DNA of 64,000 bases from Klebsormidium nitens (lineage: Eukaryota; Plantae; Klebsormidiophyceae): assembly GCA_000708835.1 (NCBI GenBank), contig DF236997.1, positions 1 through 64,000 of the forward strand, given 5' to 3'. Under the pieces are notes generated by a model. The model searched no databases. It had not been told where the DNA came from and worked only from the letters and a program-made list of their open reading frames with translations. The position numbers and the translations under genes are program-made. How positions within the stretch are numbered: position 1 is the first letter of the stretch; every line of letters starts with the position of its first letter. Below are positions 59,757 through 64,000 of this stretch, piece after piece.

Positions 59757-62506
59757 ATGGCAGGGCGGCAACTTGCCATATGGGGATGTTTAGGAGGAGG
59801 CCGAGAAAGGCAAGTATTAGAAGCACCAGCATGCACAACTCCTTCTGAAAGTGGCAGAGAGCAAGAAGTTGGGATCTGTGCTGGTGGTTTTGGATTTGCA
59901 ATCACCCGCTCAGGTCAGTCCAGCTTGATTGTTCCGAAGGAAGCGAATGCCACAGATAAATGTGCTGTGTTCCCAGCCGGGACTGGTCAACCGGAGAATG
60001 AGCAGATAAAGGTCCTTTGAGCTGAAGAAGGCTGGTTGCTGTGTAGAACCACTCCGTCATTCAACTCGCCGATGCTGGCTTCTTGTTGTTTGATTTCTAG
60101 TTAACCTTCTCCTAACAAGAAGCATCTTTCATAGCATTCTGCAGGTGATGGACGCATTCTGGTCAGGACAAGGGCCACGGAAGATCGTGACGGTGGCGCC
60201 AATTTCTTTGGAGCGCCTTCAAATGCCCTGTCTCTTCCGGACAGTGAGGCAGCCTCTTGCTGTTCAGCAGGCTACTCACACGTGGTGCTGGCAACAGGTG
60301 ACCCCTGCATTCGTGTACATCCAGCTCCCTTCATCTGACACTGTCTGGAAAATGGTTGGCTTGTCAGAGTGTTCGAAGCTACATGACCAGCTCTAACGTT
60401 CTCGACAGCTTAGTCCACATTAGAGCAGGGTCTCAGAGTCATGCACCCCTTTTATTCTCGCAGACAAGGGCAAGCTGTATGAGTGGCGTGCCAGCGATGC
60501 TCTTGTCCATTGTGTGAGCGCCGCCCTCCCCAAGGTGCCGGTCACCATGGTGGCCGCAGGCGAGCACCACTCGCTGGCGCTGGCGGGTAAGCCGTTTGGA
60601 AAAAGACTTCCTGGTCCACAATTTCTGCTAGTCTGCAGCCCCTCTGTTTGGATTTTCCTGCCGCAGTGCCTGCTTTCAAGACTGTCAGCAGCAGCCTTAG
60701 TGTCTTCCCAAATGTCATGCAGCTTTGTGTTGCTCTCTAGGTGGTGCTGTGTGGGCGTGGGGCGCCGGCGCGGTGGGCCAGCTGGGGCAGGGCAGCCGCA
60801 TTTCTCAGGCCCCAAGCCCACTGCTAGTTGCGGGCTTTGGGGCGCGACCTGACGAAAGCGGCAGCACCGCTGCGGAACCGCCTGTAGTGACAGAGATTGC
60901 GGCTGGGGCGCTGCATAGCGCGCTTATCACAGGTGAGTGGGTCGCAGAGCGCACGCATCATCAGCTGAGTACTTTGTTGACATGGCAAGGGGACCAATGT
61001 AGTCTCTGCTTCTGAGCTTCTTCCTGCACTCTGGTTGAAGGAAGGACCTTGTCTTGTGCCTCTGCAGATGATGGAAAGCTCTTCACGTTTGGTTGGGGCC
61101 TGTATGGGCAGGTAGGAGGACTGGCAAACAAGCCTCCCAGCCCAGGGTGCTTGGCAACCAAACTCAGTCATTCTCAGTTGTTACTGTGTTTGAAATTAGG
61201 TCCCGTCCTTGAGTGTAGGGGTTTTGGTACTGTCAGCTGCAGAATGTCCAGGCAATGCTATTGGACCATACCATCCGAATTTGGTGGAGCGAAGTGCTCT
61301 GGTAACCTTGCGTCCAATTCCATCGATGTTGTTGCCCAAAAGTTGCGCTACACACGCCTATGAGTAATGGAGGACGTAGGCAAAGTTCTTGTACAACACT
61401 GCGTCAGTTCTTGAGAACTCGAGCAACAACAGTGCGCTTGCAGCTTCTTCTATTTTTCCTTGGCGGTTTGTGCGGTTTAAACCTGGAAAAATCTGAAAGT
61501 GTCCCATTCGAATGGAAAATCTTATTGGGCCAGTCTCTCACTCGGGGCCCCCGGCTGTACAGTGTGGCCATGACAGCACCGAGGATGTTCTGAGCCCGTG
61601 TTGCGTCGCCGACCTGCACGGTGTGCCGGTGCGCCAGGTGGCCGCCGGCCTTTGGCACACGGCGTGCCTCACCTTGGATGGCGCAGTCTACACCTGGGGC
61701 GGCAATGCTGACGGCCAGCTGGGCACGGGCCTGCCAACGGGCGCGGTGAGGGGATTGGAAGGGGGGCGCGTGCTCAATGGCCCGTTCTGGGGAAGATTGC
61801 TGAGGAACCTTCCAACCCTTGTTTTGACCCCAGGTTAAGTGTATGTTGCAGGGCTTGGTAGTAGATGCTTTTTGTAATTGCCTAGACCCGATATGCATGA
61901 TGGTGCTTATACGCCCCAATTTGATCTAATCGTTGGGAACTAGCTTTCGAAGCTTTGCTTACAAGGCGCATCGAGCAATCTCCAGCCACGTTCTCTTTCC
62001 TGCAGTCAACGCCCCAGCTAGTCGAGGCCCTGCCTTTTGAAGAAGACGTGGTCAAAATCAGCTGCGGCGCCCGCCACACAGTCGCCCTCACAGGTGAGCC
62101 CACCACCCTTCCCGATACTGCACTCGAGTGTGTCAAGTGTAGGGCACTGCTAGCGTATCGACCGTCAGGTGCCGCTGTCTGTGCATACATCTGACTTTGA
62201 GCTGCTCGTCGAACTACTCTGGCGCTTGCTTCGACAACTGCGCCAAGAGCGTCCAAACACTCGTTCGAGCCAGTGTGCCAAACCGAAAAATTCGATCAAG
62301 AAATCCGATTTATTGTAGGTGGGGGCAAGGTGTTTAGTTGGGGATGGAACAAGTACGGCCAGCTTGGGCACCCCGCATGTCCGGCTCACCAGCTGCCAGA
62401 AGAAGTTAGAGGCCTGGGCATTGTCCAGGACGTGGCATGCGGGTGGTGGCACACTCTGCTTCAATACAGCGGTTGCGAACCAGACGGTGCTACTGGGACT
62501 AAGTAG
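59757..62506 (+). CDS. RCC1-repeat (beta-propeller) protein, multi-exon
   Basis: Repeated SAGYSHVVLAT, AAGEHHSLAL, WGAGAVGQLG, AAGALHSALIT, FGWGLYGQ, AAGLWHTACLT, WGGNADGQLG, SCGARHTVAL, WGWNKYGQLG and ACGWWHTL. Confidence 0.9.
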
Positions 62507-63547
62507 GATGTAATCGATCGCGCTTGAGGCGGGCTGGCGCGATGGAAACCCTCAAATCCCAAAGTCGGTTTACAGCTTTACGTTTGCAGGGTCGTTTGAG
62601 GCACGTCGAACTAAGATGCTCAAATGATTTTGGACTAGCACCGTATCCTAGCACTGCAGCACATTCGTCCAATCTGAGGTCAATAGCTTCCTTGGGCATG
62701 TGACGTTGTCAGCTTCGACATTCCTCGCTTCAGTTGTCGGCAAGGTCATAAGGACCCTATACTATCGAAGCGAGATGACATTGTCGTCGCTCCAAAGAAA
62801 GTTCCGTTCGATGCAATTTATTATATAAGGTTACATGCAGTTGCTTGTTTCTTTCAAGTTTCTTGAGGGCGTCCCACGGGAGACGAATCACTCGTTGAAA
62901 GGGTTGCATATTCGTGACCGTTCATAGCAAAAGATCTCATGTGACATGCGATCAGGCCGGATATGCCGGATTCGGAGCATGGACCATGTGCGTTTACGAT
63001 CAATTTATAATAATTTGATGGCGGGTTGAACTTTTGAAAGGCGGCCTAGGCCCCGGGCAGACGGCTACTAATGGAGAATTTGATATCCGGCCGGATAGAC
63101 AAGCCCGGGACTCATGCCCAAAGCAATAACATTTCAAAGAAAGCATCCACCCAGCTTCGGAAAACCCAGTATGGACATTTCTTACAGCGGCCAGCTGAAC
63201 AGCATGTCGTTCCCGAAAGGTGAACAAGGTTTACCCTTCGCATTCCAGTTAAACGCTTTGATCTTGTTCGACTCAGCCTGCGCTTGACGACGTAGCTTAG
63301 TCGCTGTACACTAGGGTCGACAGCGGAACCAATGGTTGAGAGATGAACGCTGTCGCTACTTTATGGGTGCACCCTACTGCAGTGCATGCACACACTCCGT
63401 GTTCCTTTTGCCCGTTGTGCCTGCCACCTAGGCGGTTTGAATTGAGAGTAGAAGCCGGTGCTATAGTATTTTGCGTGCATCCTATGTTATGAGTGATTGA
63501 GGTCCTCTTTCTCGCACGATTTTGAATTGAGCAACTGGTTTTGACCC

Positions 63548-63960
63548 TTACTTCAAAACACCGATGCGCGAGAGAGGTTTCCACCGCAGCCAACTGCGCC
63601 CAACCACACGATCCTCCGGAAGAAAACCCCAGACGTGCGAATCGGCGCTTCGATTTCGGTTGTCGCCCTGTAGATGGCAACAGACCTAAGCATTTATGTT
63701 TGCTGTTAACGAAGCTTTAAACTGCAGAAAGCCAGAGAGAGCAGCAGCATAATCTTCTGGCCACAAGCCATGTGGCTCGCAGATTGTAAACCCGGTTGTC
63801 CCTGGCCGAGGGAGCAGCCTTGGTCACTGCGAATGCTCACCAAGACAAAGAGAGTTCCATCAGGAACACGAAGCTGGGGAACACTGTACTTCGCCGAGCG
63901 GATCCCCCTCGCTTCTTCTGAACGGGGTCGTCCATTCACCAAGACAACTCCTCTTTCCAC
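63548..63960 (-). CDS. Signal peptidase I (S26 family), last two exons (5' part outside window)
   Basis: Exon 63960-63841 VLVNGRP...VPDGTLFVL joins exon 63667-63548 GDNRNRSADSHVWGFLPEDRVVGR (box E GDNxxxSxDS). Confidence 0.9.
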
Positions 63961-64000
63961 CTGCAATGCACCCGACGCGAATGTGTTACAACATACAGGG

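Noticed and set aside
59757-62506. UVR8 photoreceptor
   Set aside because: Lacks the repeated GWRHT motifs and the C-terminal VP motif. It is a generic RCC1-like protein.

Overview
Eukaryotic, intron-rich green-plant-lineage DNA. A green alga is most likely, judged from GC-rich exons, short GT-AG introns and the genes tAPX, PHS1, DRIF and a PqqL-like peptidase; the species cannot be determined. The window has two very different parts. (1) About 1-17.1 kb is a nested transposon graveyard with three assembly gaps. It holds a fully bounded Gag-protease-only Ty1/copia-type element (1610-5433; TSD CGAAG; half-tRNAiMet PBS) that contains a 373-bp TIR element with an 8-bp TSD. It also holds a degenerate copia of a second family (6942-10953, minus; TSD CTGCT) carrying a solo LTR of the first family (TSD CTTCC), plus further copia fragments and unidentified decayed coding-like DNA. 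(2) About 18-64 kb is a compact, TE-poor gene cluster: tAPX, a small 4F5/zinc-finger protein, a PqqL-like M16 peptidase, CSN6, a TcdA/TCD-like tRNA dehydratase, tRNA-Ile(AAT), APC5, a DRIF-like Myb/DUF3755 protein, PHS1, an RCC1-repeat protein and the 3' end of a signal peptidase I. Most of these genes sit in head-to-head pairs. I found no clearly new multi-gene system. The best leads are the Gag-PR-only retroelement, the unusual MITE, an exon-intron tandem duplication in the TcdA gene, a possible stromal/thylakoid splice switch in APX, and a tRNA gene adjacent to a tRNA-modifying enzyme. All gene models were assembled by eye, and CDS coordinates are first-to-last coding base including introns.
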